A DNA stretch of 64,000 nucleotides from Octopus sinensis (taxonomy: Eukaryota), in assembly GCF_006345805.1 (NCBI RefSeq), contig NW_021833930.1, positions 1 through 64,000 on the forward strand. Reading direction: 5' to 3'. The position numbers were made by a program, and so were the translations under genes. Shown piece by piece: positions 38,221-51,798 of this stretch. How positions within the stretch are numbered: the first letter of the stretch is position 1; every line of letters starts with the position of its first letter. The notes below the pieces were generated by a model. It had not been told where the DNA came from. It saw nothing but the letters and a program-made list of their open reading frames with translations, and searched no databases.

Positions 38221-38628
38221 TTGTTACCTCTGCCGAGAAAGGTGGTTATGTTTTCATCGGCGTTGGGTTTGTACGTCTGTGTGCAAAATAACTCAAAAAG
38301 TTGCGAACGGTACATGATGAAACTTGCAGAAAACGTTGGTAATGACACAAGGAACAAATGATGAAAGTTTGGTAGATTTATGTATTCTTGGTAGTTTTAT
38401 GGATTCTTGAAGGATTTTTCATTTGTTGTATTTACTTTACATGACGTTTTACAACGTTACGTTCTTTGATTATCTCCCTTGAAAACACGTTCATCGTTTC
38501 CACGTAACCTATGGTGGCGTTGCTGTTTTCAATGTTTATTTTCGTTTCTCTATTAGTAATTTTGCTCGTGTATCTATCTTAAAATGAGCTTGGCAGAGGT
38601 CTGCGCTCTCCGAGTGCTTTTCTAGTTT
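38221..38628 (+). mobile_element. Helentron-type non-autonomous element (DINE-1/HINE-like)
   Basis: Subterminal inverted repeats ACCTCTGCCGAG (38226-37) / CTTGGCAGAGGT (38589-600), 3' hairpin GCGCTC-TCC-GAGTGC, and TTTTCTAGTTTT end. Confidence 0.75.
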
Positions 38629-38638
38629 TATGTATGTA

Positions 38639-39158
38639 CCGTAAATCTTCGAGTATAGTCCGCCCTTGAGTATAGTACGCAGGGAGATTTTTAGGGGGCT
38701 GTACCTCTGAAAAACCTAAACCTTGTGTATAATACGCACCCCGTCTCTAACTTGAGTCAAGGAGGTCTATATAATGTCCTTGGTTTGTAAAAATGTATAT
38801 GGTAACGTCCTTTATTATTATTGTATATATATAACATAATGCAAATGTGTAGCATTTTTGTGCATTTTGTTTGCAGAAAATAAAGAAATAACAATAATAA
38901 CAGTAATAACGTTTAATAAATGTTGCTTACTGTTATGGATGAGTCTTTTATGACTTCATTGCTTTCAGGCTTAGCTTAAGGTATTTTCGCGCCCGACATC
39001 ACAAAATGCGTCTGAATAAACGTTGCCGGACAGCAAATAGAGACTCGGACATTGCTTAGAAAATAATTTTCATTTTTAACCTCGTATATAGTACGCACTA
39101 GGGACTTTGACCTTTAAATTTTTGGGGAAAAATGCGGATCATACTCGAGGATTTACGG
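38639..39158. mobile_element. pogo/Tc2-type MITE
   Basis: 25-bp TIRs CCGTAAATCTTCGAGTATAGTCCGC / GCGGATCATACTCGAGGATTTACGG, with TA flanks at 38637-38 and 39159-60. Confidence 0.9.
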
Positions 39159-39560
39159 TATTCTCATGCATATATTTGCGTGTTTAGACGTACACATATA
39201 AACTTATTAAACTTCTGGAAAATTTTACAGATTTTTACAGTTCCAGCGATGGCTTGGGTCTGTAGTCTTCATATCAGTTTTCCCCTTTCTAGTTTTGAGA
39301 AACCTTATTTCTCAATATTGGTATTTAGGTAGTGTTAAACATATCCCAGTGCCCCAATAATCTGTTATAAATCTGAACTTGTAATCTGAGTCGAGTAACT
39401 ATACTGCAGATTTCTCAATAGTTCAGCATGGATATTTTCTTTTCTGATGTTTAGCTTTATATTGAGCTTTTTGTTAACTCATTACAGCCAACAGTCATCC
39501 TGCTGCTGGGACTGAGAGACTCCTCGTCATTGATATATACTTCTTTCTAGGAAGAGGAAA

Positions 39561-40173
39561 TCTTTATATATAAAAGTAAGGTTGTGTGTCTGTCTCCTAC
39601 GATTTAGATTCCTAACTACTCCACATTTTGCGGTGCAGTTTAACCAAAACCGAGTATCTTATAGTCGTGATTCATATCGAGCCCTTCTGGGTATTAGCAC
39701 GCGTCTACGATGAGTCTACGATTTAAAAAAAAAAATTTACCATCATTTTTTTCCCATTTTAATCATTTTTTCGCTATTATATACGGGAAGTAACTCTCTA
39801 AAAATGTCTACGATGAGTCAACGATTTAAAAGAAAATTTTCCATAATTTTTTTCCATTTTTAAGGCATTTTTTCGCTATTATATAAGGGAAGTAACTCTC
39901 TAAAAATGTCTACGATGAGTCAACGATTTAAAAAAAAATTCCATCATTTTTTTTTTTTTCCCTTTTAAATGCATTTTTTTCGCTATTATATAAGGGAAGT
40001 AACTCTCTAAAAATGTCTACGATGAGTCAACGATTAAAAAAAAATTTTCCATCATTTTTTTCCCATTTTTAATGCAATTTTTTTTTATTTTGCTTTTTTG
40101 GCTATAACTCTCTAAAAATGCTTATATAGTTATTTCCCTTACAAACCCGAGCAACGCCGGGCGATACTGCTAG
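39561..40173 (+). mobile_element. Non-autonomous Helitron with internal ~110-bp tandem repeats
   Basis: A|TCTTTATATATAAAAG ... CCCGAGCAACGCCGGGCGATACTGCTAG|T; about 4 internal units containing GTCTACGATGAGTC.ACGATT. Confidence 0.85.
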
Positions 40174-40394
40174 TTCCGAAATAAAACTTCCCTTCTTGTG
40201 AAGCTGGAGATCTTGCTTGTGCATAATTCCGGACTATTTGGTTTTATTGTTGAGTCTTAGTGATGTTACTGTTGTTGACTGTTATTGACTTTAAATTTTC
40301 CGTTTAATGCTTTTCTTATAGCCATTGTCTTTATCTCCTAGGATAAGTCCATTTGTCAGTGGTGGTCATACTTTGTCTACGAGTTGACAGCCAC

Positions 40395-42322
40395 TATGTA
40401 TGTATGTATGTATGTATGTATGTATGTATGTATGTATTATGTGTGTATTGTGTATGTGTGTATGTAATGTATGTATGGTGTATGTTGTGTATGTATGTAT
40501 ATGTATGTAGTATGTATGTTGTGTATGTATGTGTGTATGTATATATGTATGTATGTGTGTATGTATGTATGTATGTGTGTATGTGTGTATGTATGTATGT
40601 GTGTATGTATGTATGTGTGTATGTATGTATGTATGTATGTAATTATGTATGTATGCATGTATATATGTATGTGTGTATGTATGTATGTGTGTATGTATGT
40701 ATGTATGTGTGTATGTATGTGTGTATGTATGTATGTATGTATGTGTGTATGTGTGTATGTATGTATGTATGTGTGTATGTATGTGTGTATGTATGTATGT
40801 ATGTATGTATGTATGTATGTATGTATGTGTGTATGTGTGTATGTATGTGTGTGTGTGTATGTATGTTTGTATGTTTGTATGTATGTATGCATGCATGCAT
40901 GTATGTATGTGTGTATGTATGTATACATGTATGTATGTATGTATGTGTGTATGTATGTATGTATGCATGTATGTATGTATGTAGGTAGGTAGGCAGGTGT
41001 GTATATGCATGTATATATGTATGGATGGATGAATGCATGCATGTATACATGAGTGTATGCATGCATATATGCATGTATCTGTGCATGCATGCAAGAAGCA
41101 TGCATGTACGTACGTACTTATGTATGTATGTATGTATCTGGTCATTTGTATGTATAGTTTTCCATGCATGTACGTATGTACGTACGTACGTATGTATGCA
41201 TGTATGTATGTATGTATGTATGTACGTACGTATGCATGTATGTATGTATGTATGTATGTATGTATGTATGTATGTATGTATGTATGTATGTATGTTGTAA
41301 CGTTCGTACGCATGTATGTATGTATGTATGTATGTAATGTATGCATGCATGTATGTATGTGTATGTATGTATGTATGTATGTATGTATGTATGTATGTAT
41401 ATGTATGTGTGTGTGTAATGTATGTATGTATGTATGTGTATGTATGTACGTAACGTACGCATGTTGTATGTATGTTAGTGTATGTATGTATGTATGTATG
41501 TATGTTGTATGTACTTACGTACGCATATGTATGTATGTATGTAATGTATGTATGTATGTATGTATGTATGTATGTACGTATGTATGCATGTATGTATGTA
41601 TGTATGTATGCATGTATGTATGTATGTATGTACGTGTATGCATGTATGTATGTATGTATGTAATTATGTACGTCGTATGCATGTATGTATGTATGTATGT
41701 ATTGTATTTACGACGTACTTATGTATGCATGTATGTATGTATGTATGTATGTATGTACGTATACGTATGTATGCATGTATGTAGTATGTATGCATGTATG
41801 TATGTATGTATGTTGTATGTATGTATGTATGTATGTATGTACGTACGTACGTATGTATGCATTATGTTGTATGTATGTATGTATGTATGTATGTATGTAT
41901 GTATGTATGTATGTAGTATGTATGTATGTATGTAGTTGTATGTATGTATGTATGTACGTATGTATGTATGTATGTAGTACGTATGCATGTATGTATGTAT
42001 GTATGTATGTATGTATGTATGTATGTATGTATGTATGTACGTATGTATGCATGTATGTATGTATGTATGTATGTACGTACGTACGTATGTATGCATGTAC
42101 GTATGTATGTATGTATGTATGTATGTATGTATGTATGTATGTATGTATGTATGTACGTACGTATGCATGTATGTATGTATGTATGTATGTATGTATGTAT
42201 GTATGTATGTATGTATGTATGTATGTACGTAATTATGTATGTATGTATGTATGCATGTATGTATGTATGTATGTACGTACGTATGTATGTATGTATGTAT
42301 GTATGTATGTATGTATGTATGT
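40395..42322. repeat. ~1.9-kb degenerate (GTAT)n satellite
   Basis: Direct reading; variants GTGT, GCAT, GTAC. Source of the MYVC/HTYI pseudo-ORFs. Confidence 0.95.
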
Positions 42323-42594
42323 ACCTGTTCATTTCTCTGCATGTATACTTTTCCATCTAGGCCACAATCTAATGAGGCGAATCAACTTCGAAGTCACTAT
42401 CAGCAATTTCATGCAAAAACAAAATTTTATCTTCAACTTGTATGCCTTGAATGCTCTTTCAGTGATAACTTTGTTTGTGTTGATGCATGGTTTTACACAA
42501 AATAAACATTTTCATATCTAGCTATCTCCAGAATTTCCTTTTTCCGATAACGTACATCGCTGAGAAACGTCTCCTCTCTCTCTCTCTCTATCTA

Positions 42595-42630
<36 letters not shown>

Positions 42631-42699
42631 TCTCATTCTTCTTGATATTCTTCTCCTTCATCTCCTCTCCCCTTCCTTCTCCTCCTCCACCTCCTCCCC

Positions 42700-42965
42700 T
42701 TTATCATCATCATCATCGTCATCACCATCATCATCACCATCACCATCATCACCGTCATCATCACCATCATCATCACCATCACCATCACCATCATCGTCGT
42801 CACCACCACCACCACCACCACCACCACCATCACCATCATCATCATCATCATCATCATCATCACCACCATCACCCCACCATCACCACCACCATCATCATCA
42901 CCATCATCATCACCATCATCATCACCATCATCATCACCATCATCGTCGTCACCACCACCACCACC

Positions 42966-43026
<61 letters not shown>

Positions 43027-43095
43027 CCACCACCATCACCACCATCACCACCACCATCATCACCATCATCATCACCATCATCATCATCATCGCCT
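42700..43095. repeat. (CAT)n/(CAC)n trinucleotide tract
   Basis: Direct reading; the poly-His/Met/Ile ORFs are artefacts. Confidence 0.95.
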
Positions 43096-43519
43096 CCGCC
43101 ACCGCTGCAAACAAGCTAGTTTCTACTTTATGGACTGCCCCCCCCCCTCCGCTAACGTAAAACTGCATTTCGTAAACATCTTGTCATATGGTTGGAGTTC
43201 TCCAATGCGAAAGAAACATATTTTCCCCTTGACGTCCGTATTCACCAACTTCTATAGAACACAGAGAATTTGTTATTGTTATATTTGGGGGATGGACATA
43301 TTTTGCCAATTAAACACGTGCACTATATAATTCGTCTTCACTTCAGATTTATTATTATTATTATTATCTTTATCAATTTAGTTTCTATGACAAAAGCTCT
43401 TTCGTCACACCTCCTGTGACCTCTTCAATGACACGACTCTTTATCCTGTTTCCGCTTGGTCTCTATTTATTCCATTCTCTAATTCAAGCGGCAAAACATG
43501 GCCATCCCCTAGTATCTTT

Positions 43520-43942
43520 CTTTACTCTTTTACTCGTTTCAGTCATTTGACTGTGGCCATGCTGGAGCACCGCCTTTAGTCAGAGCAAATCGACCCCTGG
43601 ACTTATTCTTTGTAAGCCTAGTACTTATTCTATCTGGCTCTTATGTCGAACAGCTAGGTCACGGGGATGTAAACACAGCAGCATCGGTTGTCAAGCGATG
43701 TTGGGGGGACAAACACAGACACACAAATACACACATACACATACATACATATGTACATATATACGATGGGCTTCTTTCAGTTTCGGTCTACCAAATCCAC
43801 TCACAAGGCATTGGTCGGCCCGAGGCTATAGTAGAAGACACTTGCTCAAGTTACGGGGACGTAAACACACCAGCATCGGTTGTCAAACGATGTTGGGAGA
43901 CAAACACAGACACACAAAAATACACACACGCACACACACATG

Positions 43943-43986
<44 letters not shown>

Positions 43987-44155
43987 CACATATATACGAC
44001 GGGCTTCTTTCAGTTTCCGTCTACCAAATCCACTCACAAGTCTTTGGTCGGCCCAAGGCTATAGTAGAAGACACTTGCCCAAGGTGCCACGCAGTGGGAC
44101 TGAACCCGGAACCATGTGGTTGGTAAGCAAGCTACTTACCACACAGCCACTCCTA
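43520..44155 (-). mobile_element. SINE family B with an internal tandem duplication
   Basis: The central segment is repeated at about 43660-43850 and 43850-44080. Confidence 0.85.
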
Positions 44156-45394
44156 CGCGTGTAACAATATCTGTTTCCACACGATTTCACATCAAGAAAC
44201 TGGCAAAACAATTACATAAATGTAATTTAGAATTTAATAAATATAGACCAATCTCAACCAGAATACAAGTTTTTCTAGAACGCAGTACCTTGCTGATTCG
44301 GGGAATGCCTGTATATACGATTTATCTCTCCAGACTATTTATAAATTTCTTCAGTTACTAAATTTTGCAGCTGGGGAATACCTCGTGGGTGAGAGGGGTG
44401 TTTTGCATACTTAATACAAATACGGTAAAGTTTTACCTATCTGCACATACCTCTTGATTATCTTCTTCCTAACTTCATTTCTAGCCTTCAGTTATATTTT
44501 TCAGCTTATTTCTCTCTCGTATCTCAGTCAGACAACTGTTCTCTCTCCCTCTTTCTCTCTCCCATCTCTCTGTCTTATACATAATTACATACATACATGC
44601 ATACATACATACATACATAGGATAAATGTAAAAAAAACACAAACTGGGACAAGAACGCAAAACATTTAGAAGACGATACAAAAAAACGAACGGGACATTC
44701 GAAGCCTTCGATCTTCAGTCAAAAACCGGATCATCTTCGCAATTTCGACTGATTAATTTTGAGATTGCTCCGACCTGGCCAGCCCCAAAGGAAAATCTAA
44801 GCCAAGCGCATTAGATTCCTTGGAAGAAAGCCTCGAATGTATACAAAACAAGGACGGGAACGAATAAGAATACAAAAATACGTAAAAATAATAATGATAA
44901 CACGAATAAGAATACGAAAATACGTAAATACAATAATGATAATAATAATGATAACAAAAACAGGACGTTACAGACAGGTGTCTTTTCGACAGGACGGGTG
45001 AACTTGAGCTTGCGCATTGAAAAATTGCCCAAAGGCGAAGAGAGGAACAAATACGAGAGAGAGGCGGGAGTATATAAATAGATAGATAGATAGTAGAATA
45101 AGAAAAAGAGAATCCTTGGTAAAGTATTATATATTACAAAAAAAAATGAATAGAAAAGGCTTTTTATAAGTTTATACACACACACACGCACACACACACA
45201 CACGCACCACACACACACACACATATACACATATGTACTTGTGTGTGTGTATACATATATATATGTGTGTGTGTATATATATATATATCTATATATATAT
45301 ATATATAATAATAATTTGAGGGAATATTATTCCTAACATACAGGGATAAATTCAATTTAGAAATACTAAATCAAATTTAACAAAATATAATATA

Positions 45395-45454
<60 letters not shown>

Positions 45455-45686
45455 TATATATGAGTGGATTTGGTAGAAGGAAACTGAAAGAAGCCCATAT
45501 ATGTATATTTTTGTGTTTGCGTTGGTACGTTCCCCACCATCACTTGACAAGCGATGCTGGTGTGCTTACATCCCCGTAACTTAGCAGTTCAGTAAAATAG
45601 ACTGATAGAATAAGTACTAGGCTTACAAAGAATAAGTCCTGAGGTCAATTTGTTCAACTAAGGGCGGTGCTTATATATATATATAT

Positions 45687-45717
<31 letters not shown>

Positions 45718-45769
45718 TATATATATATATATATTATACACACACATATATATATCTGAGACCCCTCCC

Positions 45770-46105
45770 TCTTCAGTCACGGCACCGGCACAGACCATGG
45801 GATTGCACCTAGGAAGTACCTTCCCAGGCACAAGTCCGGTCAAGGTTGTTTATGGAAGGCCAGCAGTCGCCCATGCAACCAGCCTCCCCTTTCCACACCA
45901 CTGATGTTATCCAAGAGAAAGGCAAAAGCCGATACAGCTTGGCATCAGTGACGTTGCAACTCCTTTCTACAGCTGAGGAAACTGGAGCAACGTGAAATAA
46001 AGTGTCTTACTCAAGAATACAACATGCAGTCCAGTCCGGGATTCGAACTCACACCCTCACGGTCTTAAGCTCGGCGCTCTAACCACTGAGCCATGCTCCT
46101 TCACA
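45770..46105 (-). mobile_element. tRNA/CORE-type SINE (family G)
   Basis: Reverse complement of a tRNA head (CTCAGTGGTTAGAGCGCC..GTTCGAATCCC) plus TGTTGTATTCTTGAGTAAGACAC core. Related copies at 51300-51945 (split) and 58843-59095. Confidence 0.7.
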
Positions 46106-46251
46106 CACACATACACACACACATATATATGTATATATATATGTATATATATATAGGGAAGCTTTATGAAAATAGACAAAAGACGAAGGCAGGTGGGAAA
46201 CAAACAAACAATTGTATTAGTATGGCGCTCAGGAAATATAAATAAAACAAG

Positions 46252-46289
46252 TCTTTAACGTTTCGAGCCTACGCTCTTCAACAGAAAGA
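46252..46289 (-). ncRNA. Minimal type I hammerhead motif (A6U core variant)
   Basis: UCUUU-CUGUUGA-A-GAGC(GUAG)GCUC-GAAAC-GU-U-AAAGA; perfect 5-bp stem I, 4-bp stem II, palindromic ACGU stem III. Confidence 0.65.
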
Positions 46290-46480
46290 TACACAGAAAA
46301 GAAACACGGAAAGAAACAAGGAGAGAAAAAAAATGCGTGCAGAAGCTAGCGAATCAACATGGCGATCTGATTTCAGCCAGAGGTCAAAGATCAAACATGA
46401 AACGCGAGAGCGAAATAAGGGGAGATAATAGGGTTGATAATAGGGTTGAATGACCAGCTATTAGTGCGTATATGTATATA

Positions 46481-46536
<56 letters not shown>

Positions 46537-46559
46537 ATATATATATGTATATATATATG

Positions 46560-46613
<54 letters not shown>

Positions 46614-48071
46614 GTATATATATATAGATATATATATATATATATATATAATATATATATATATATGTGTGTATATATATATATATTATATACACACAAA
46701 CACACACACACACATTTATATACATATATATATATATAATATATATAATATATATATATATACGACGGTCTTCCTTCAGTTTCTGTCCACCAAATCCACT
46801 CACAATGCTTTGGTCAGCCCAAGGCTATAGTAGAAGATACTTGCGCAAGGTGCTACGCAGTGGGACTGAACCTGGAACAATGTGGTTGGTAAGCAAGCTA
46901 CTTACCACACACCCACTCTTGCGCCTGTATATATCACACACACATTCATGTATACATAGAATACAAGATATGTATGTGTGTGTGTGTGTGCGTGTTTGTG
47001 TATGCAGGTCATCGTCGACTTATGACCTATCTGATTTACGACTGATCAACTTTACTACGATTGCCGCCGCGCCAGCTCCTGGCAATAATGATAAATAGCC
47101 TTGTTGAAATGTAATGGGTTTATTTCCTTAGAAATTAACCTGTTTACGGATGACGCCTGCTGGGTTCAGCTATTCTGCATTGATAAATGGCAAATACCCT
47201 GAAACATGTCTCCAGATGCCTGACCAGCAAGGAGAAGTGGCTGACCTCCCCTGTTCGAAGGTTATAATGGACACAGGTTCGTGTGTCATATAGCTAGCTA
47301 GAAGTGATGGCCTCTTGGAGCTAATCAATAGCAGCTTTTGTCCTATATTTATGGACATCATATTAGCTTGGTGATAACTGTTAATTTCTAGTACCGCTAC
47401 TGTAGTCTCCTTAGACTTAGAAAAAGTAATATTTCTATTATATATATATATATATATATATATATTTCTATTATATATATATATATATTTCTATTATATA
47501 TATACATATATATATATACATATATATATTATAGCACTGCTTGACTGGCGTTGGTGTCGGTGACAAGTAAAAGCACCAACCGATCGTGGCCATTTGCCAG
47601 CCTCCTCTGGCCACTGTGCCGGTGGCACGTAAAAAGCACCCACTACACTCATGGAGTGGTTGGCGTCAGGAAGGGCAACAGGCTATAGAAACACTGCCAG
47701 ATCAGACTTGAGCCTGGTGCAGCCTCCAGGCTTCCCAGACCCTAGTTGAACCATCCAACCCATGCTAGCATAGAAAACGGATGTTAAACGATGATGATGA
47801 TGAGGATAAATATATATATGCCATTAATAATGTGTTAACACCCAACTGAAATGTAACCAAGCTAATAACCGACCAACCATGTCTGGTATCAATTGCAATA
47901 AACTGATGTTACTGAATAACACTTCACCACAGCCTGCCACCAATGTGGCAGCAGCTCCCTACCAACTTTCTGTCCAAGCATGTGGGCCTAAGAATAAAGA
48001 AAAGAAATGGTATCACTTCCCTAGCATTAACATCACGTGATCTGAGCAGTCAAACAGAGGTCTAATTTCCA

Positions 48072-48715
48072 GATCTATCTATCTATCTGCTCAGTCGAAG
48101 TTGACTCTCGGTTACTAGATGGATCAGTGTTCTCCAGCCAGCCAGTTCTATCCTGGCTCACTTCTTTCAGATTGGCTATGGCCATTCCTGTGTCATTCTT
48201 AATGGTGTCAAGCCAGCGGATTCTTGGTTGGCCTCTTCCTCTCTTGCCACTGACCATTCCGAGCATGATGTCCTTCTCCAGGGATTTTCTCTGCATAATA
48301 TGACCAAAATATGTCAATCTATGCTTGGTAATTCTAGCTTCCAGTGACAGATTCAGCTTGATCCGGTTAAGAACTTCTCCATTGGTGAGCCTCGCTGTCC
48401 ATGGAATCCATAAACGTCTTCTCCAACACCAAAGCTCGAATGCATTAATTCTCTTCTGGTCAGCTTTCTTTAGTGTCCAGGTCTTGCATCCATATGTTGC
48501 TATTGGGAAGATAACTGCATTCACCAATCTGCATTTGGTAGTGAGGCTGCTGTCTCTACTCTTCCAGACCTTGCTCATGCTGACCATTGCCTCTCTGCCT
48601 AGTAGTATCCGCAGCCTTATTTCTGGAGTGCAGTTACCATCTCGATTTATTTTGGAGCCGAGGAAGATGAAATCAGGAACCACTTCAATCTCTTCATTAT
48701 CTTGAATTTATCATA
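48072..48715 (-). mobile_element. RTE-BovB-type LINE 3' fragment
   Basis: ORF ..FIFLGSKIN..YGCKTWTLKKADQKRINAFELWCWRR..YFGHIMQRKSLEKDIMLG..GKRGRGQPRIRWLDTI is typical of the RTE/BovB RT C-terminus; 3' end GAGTCAACTTCGACTGAGCA(GATA)n. Confidence 0.9.
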
Positions 48716-50032
48716 AATCTGTTACTCTTGTTCAAGTATCTGATGAGTTGGGTTCATCTTACACTCCCATGAAGCTATAAGTCAAGTAGATCTGACTCAA
48801 ACTGTTATTAAAAAATACATTACCAGCATTGTCTTACTGACACTTGTGCTGGTAGCACATGAAAAAACACTTGAGCGAGGTCATTGATGGTGCCGCTGGA
48901 CTGCCTCCTGTACAGGTGGCACATAAAAAAAACACCATTTGAGCGTTGCCATTGCCAGTACCGCCTGACTGGCCCTCGTGCCAGTGGCATGTAAAAGCAC
49001 TCACTACACTCTCGGAGTGGTTGGCATTAGGAAGGGCATCCAGCTGTAGAAACTCTGCCAGATCAGATTGGAGTCTGGTGCAGCCATCTGGTTCGCCAGT
49101 CCTCAGTCAAACCGTCCAACCCATGCTAGCATGGAAAGCGGACGTTAAACGATGATGATGATGATGATGACATGTACTGAGTACTACTTCCCTTTGTTTG
49201 TTCCCTCACTCTTATATTTGCATGCATGCATGTATGTATGTACATATGCATGTATGTATGTATGTATGTATCAATTTTAATTTTAAATATTTATTTCCCT
49301 GTCAACTGTTTAACAGTTAGTATACTAAATATTTTATCTATCGTAGATTATATCTTCAGTTTCATTCCATAGATAAAGTACAACATCAATAGATCATGAA
49401 AGAAAAATAATTATAGATGCATATTTAACATATATATTATGCATGTTTAAGCTAGTTTTTGCTCTTCTTTGCTTCTATGACAGAGTGGACAGAGTGGTTA
49501 CCATATACAAGGCGGCGAGCTGGCAGAAACGTTAGAACGCCGGGCGAAATGCTTAGCCATTTTTCGTCTGACATTACGTTCTGAGTTCAAATTCCGCCAA
49601 GGCAGACTTTGCCTTTCATCCTTTCGGGGTCGATAAATAAAGTACCAATTTCGCACTGGGGTCGATGTAATCGACTTAATCCCTTTGTCTGTCCTTGTTT
49701 GTCCCCTCTATGTTTAGCCCCTTGTGGATAGTAAAGAAATATATACAAGTTTTGATTGGTTTTGGTTGTGTATTTTTCTTTGTTTTAGTATATTAGTCTT
49801 TAAACTGCATACAGTAGTGAGGCTCTGGTTTGGGAGTCCCTGGGTTTTGAGGACAGTGGATCAATCTCTTATCCTCTAACGTTTCCAGGTCTGTTGTGAC
49901 CCAGAATAGTAACATCTGCCATGGCCCCAGCTATTGGTTAATTAGCATTGCATCTGGAAGAAGGTCACTTGCAGATACACCAAATGTCCTAGGGTAGATG
50001 AGGTCCATCATTCGCCTCTTTATCTGTTAATC

Positions 50033-50358
50033 ATGAAGGCACGTGGCTTAGTGGTTAGGGGCATTCGGCTCACGATTGTAAGGTTGTGAGTTCAATTCCC
50101 GTCGACGCATTGTGTCCTTGAGCAAGATAATTTACTTTACGTTGCTCCAGTCCACTCAGCTGGCAAAAATGAGTAGTACCTGTATTTCAAAGGGCCAGCC
50201 TTGTCACAGTCTGTATCACGCTGAATCTCCCTGAGAACTATGTTAAGGGTATACATGTCTGTGGAGTGCTCAGCCACTTGCAAGTTAATTTCATGAGCAA
50301 GCTGTTCCGTTGATCGTATCAGCTGGAACCCTCATTGTTGCAACCGACGGAGTGCTCC
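50033..50358 (+). mobile_element. tRNA-derived SINE sharing the family C 3' tail
   Basis: 13-bp TSD TTATCTGTTAATC at 50020-32 and 50359-71; TGGCTTAGTGG A-box and GAGTTCAATTCC B-box. Confidence 0.85.
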
Positions 50359-50443
50359 TTATCTGTTAATCTAAGATAGTGCTCCACAACCTTTTTTTAC
50401 CTTGTGGCACACTTATATTCTTTTTAAAACTCGGTGGCACACC

Positions 50444-50653
50444 AGGGTGGTGAGCTGGCAGAAATGTTAGCACACCAGGCGAAATGCTTACCGGTATTTC
50501 ATCTGCCGTTACGTTCTGAGTTCAAATTCTGCCTAGGTCGAATTTGCTTTCATCTTTCGGAGTCAATAAATTAAGTACCAGTTGTGTACTGGGGTTGATC
50601 TAATCGACTGGCCCCCTCTCCAAAAATTTTGTGCCTTGTGCCTAGAGTAGAAA
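50444..50653 (+). mobile_element. SINE family D inserted in a hAT-like MITE (about 50380-50790)
   Basis: 18-bp TSD AAAACTCGGTGGCACACC at 50426-43 and 50654-71. Confidence 0.85.
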
Positions 50654-51449
50654 AAAACTCGGTGGCACACCTGAACTAAAAATATAACAAAGAGTACAGG
50701 GAAAAAAATTATATTCAGGTTACATTGCGGCACACCTAATATCGTCTTGTGACACATTAGTGTGCCATGGAATACTGGTTGCAGAGCTCTGATCTAAGAG
50801 AAAGTAGCTTCATACAAACCCTGCATTTTGATAACTATTAGACTCATGGTAATTGTTGCACTAGACAAGTAGTTCCCAAATTTTTTCAGGCTGTTGCCCA
50901 TTTGGCACCCAGACCACATTCCTAGCCCTCACCGCCACACCACCACCACCACCACCACCACTCTCAACTCACTGCCACAAACATAGACCACTTTCTGCAG
51001 CAAATTCAAAACAACTGTATTTCACAAATAAAGCTTATCCTAATTTATCTGTCATTTTGGGTTTTTACATCCATTGCCCCCACTTGGCCTCCCCGTTATC
51101 ACCCCAGTTTACTTCAATGCCCCCACCCCTGGATCTTTCCACTGCCCCCAAGAGGGCAGTACTGCTCATTTTGGGCACGACTTGCACTAGACCAATACAA
51201 GTTTGAAGGACCAAAAAGTGGAACTGGCTCTGCACAAACCATGTCTAAGAAGGGTGAAGAGCCCCTTTCAGTCATGAATGACCATAGGATTGCACATAGA
51301 AAATTCCCCTCGTAGGCACAAGTCCGGTCAAGGTTGTTTATGGAGGACCAGCAGTCTCCCATGCATAGCAGCCTCCCCTCTCCACACCACCAGTGTTATC
51401 CAGGGGAAAAGCATAGACCAATACAGCTTGGCATCAGTGTGATCTCATT

Positions 51450-51798
51450 CTCGTTCACAACATCATAAGCGGAAAGTGTAACCTCTTGAAAGAGCTGTTC
51501 TTCACTCCTGCTCCAGAGCGTGGGCTACGAGGTCACTTCGAAAAGCTCTATCTATGACGATTTCATCTTAATCGAAGGAGAGGGGCTTTCTCCGTCCAGG
51601 TTGCGGATCCGTGGAATAAGCTGCTGGACGAGATAGTGAAGATGCCGACGACCGCTCGGTTCAAAGTCTCTCTTGACCAGAAATGGCCTGAACTCTTTGT
51701 ATGAACACCCTCCCTGTACATAACTCATGTCCCCCTACATGGCCTTGCTTTTGCTTTTTGAGCCAAAATAATTAAATTAAAATTAAAAATTAAATTAA
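51450..51798 (+). mobile_element. CR1/L2-type LINE 3' fragment inserted into a SINE
   Basis: ..GLRGHFEKLYL*RFHLNRRRGAFSVQVADPWNKL..RFKVSLD..; (AAATT)n tail; flanking CTCATT repeat at 51444-49 and 51799-804. Confidence 0.8.

Noticed and set aside
40353-42521. Long ORFs up to 326 aa (MYVC/HTYI)
   Set aside because: Pure translations of the (GTAT)n satellite, which lacks stop codons.
42361-42521. Strong acceptor (TTTTCCATCTAG) followed by two open frames
   Set aside because: No recognisable protein; the only plausible donor gives a 79-nt frame-shifting exon.
42633-43168. Poly-His/Met/Ile ORFs
   Set aside because: (CAT)/(CAC) microsatellite with no flanking coding context.
44690-44722. Minus-strand CTGAAGA..CGAATGTC hammerhead-like motif
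   Set aside because: Stem II loop too short, no A15.1 and no convincing stem I.
47190-47290. KVIMDTGSCVI aspartic-protease-like motif
   Set aside because: Single short motif followed by a stop, with no gag/pol or LTR context.
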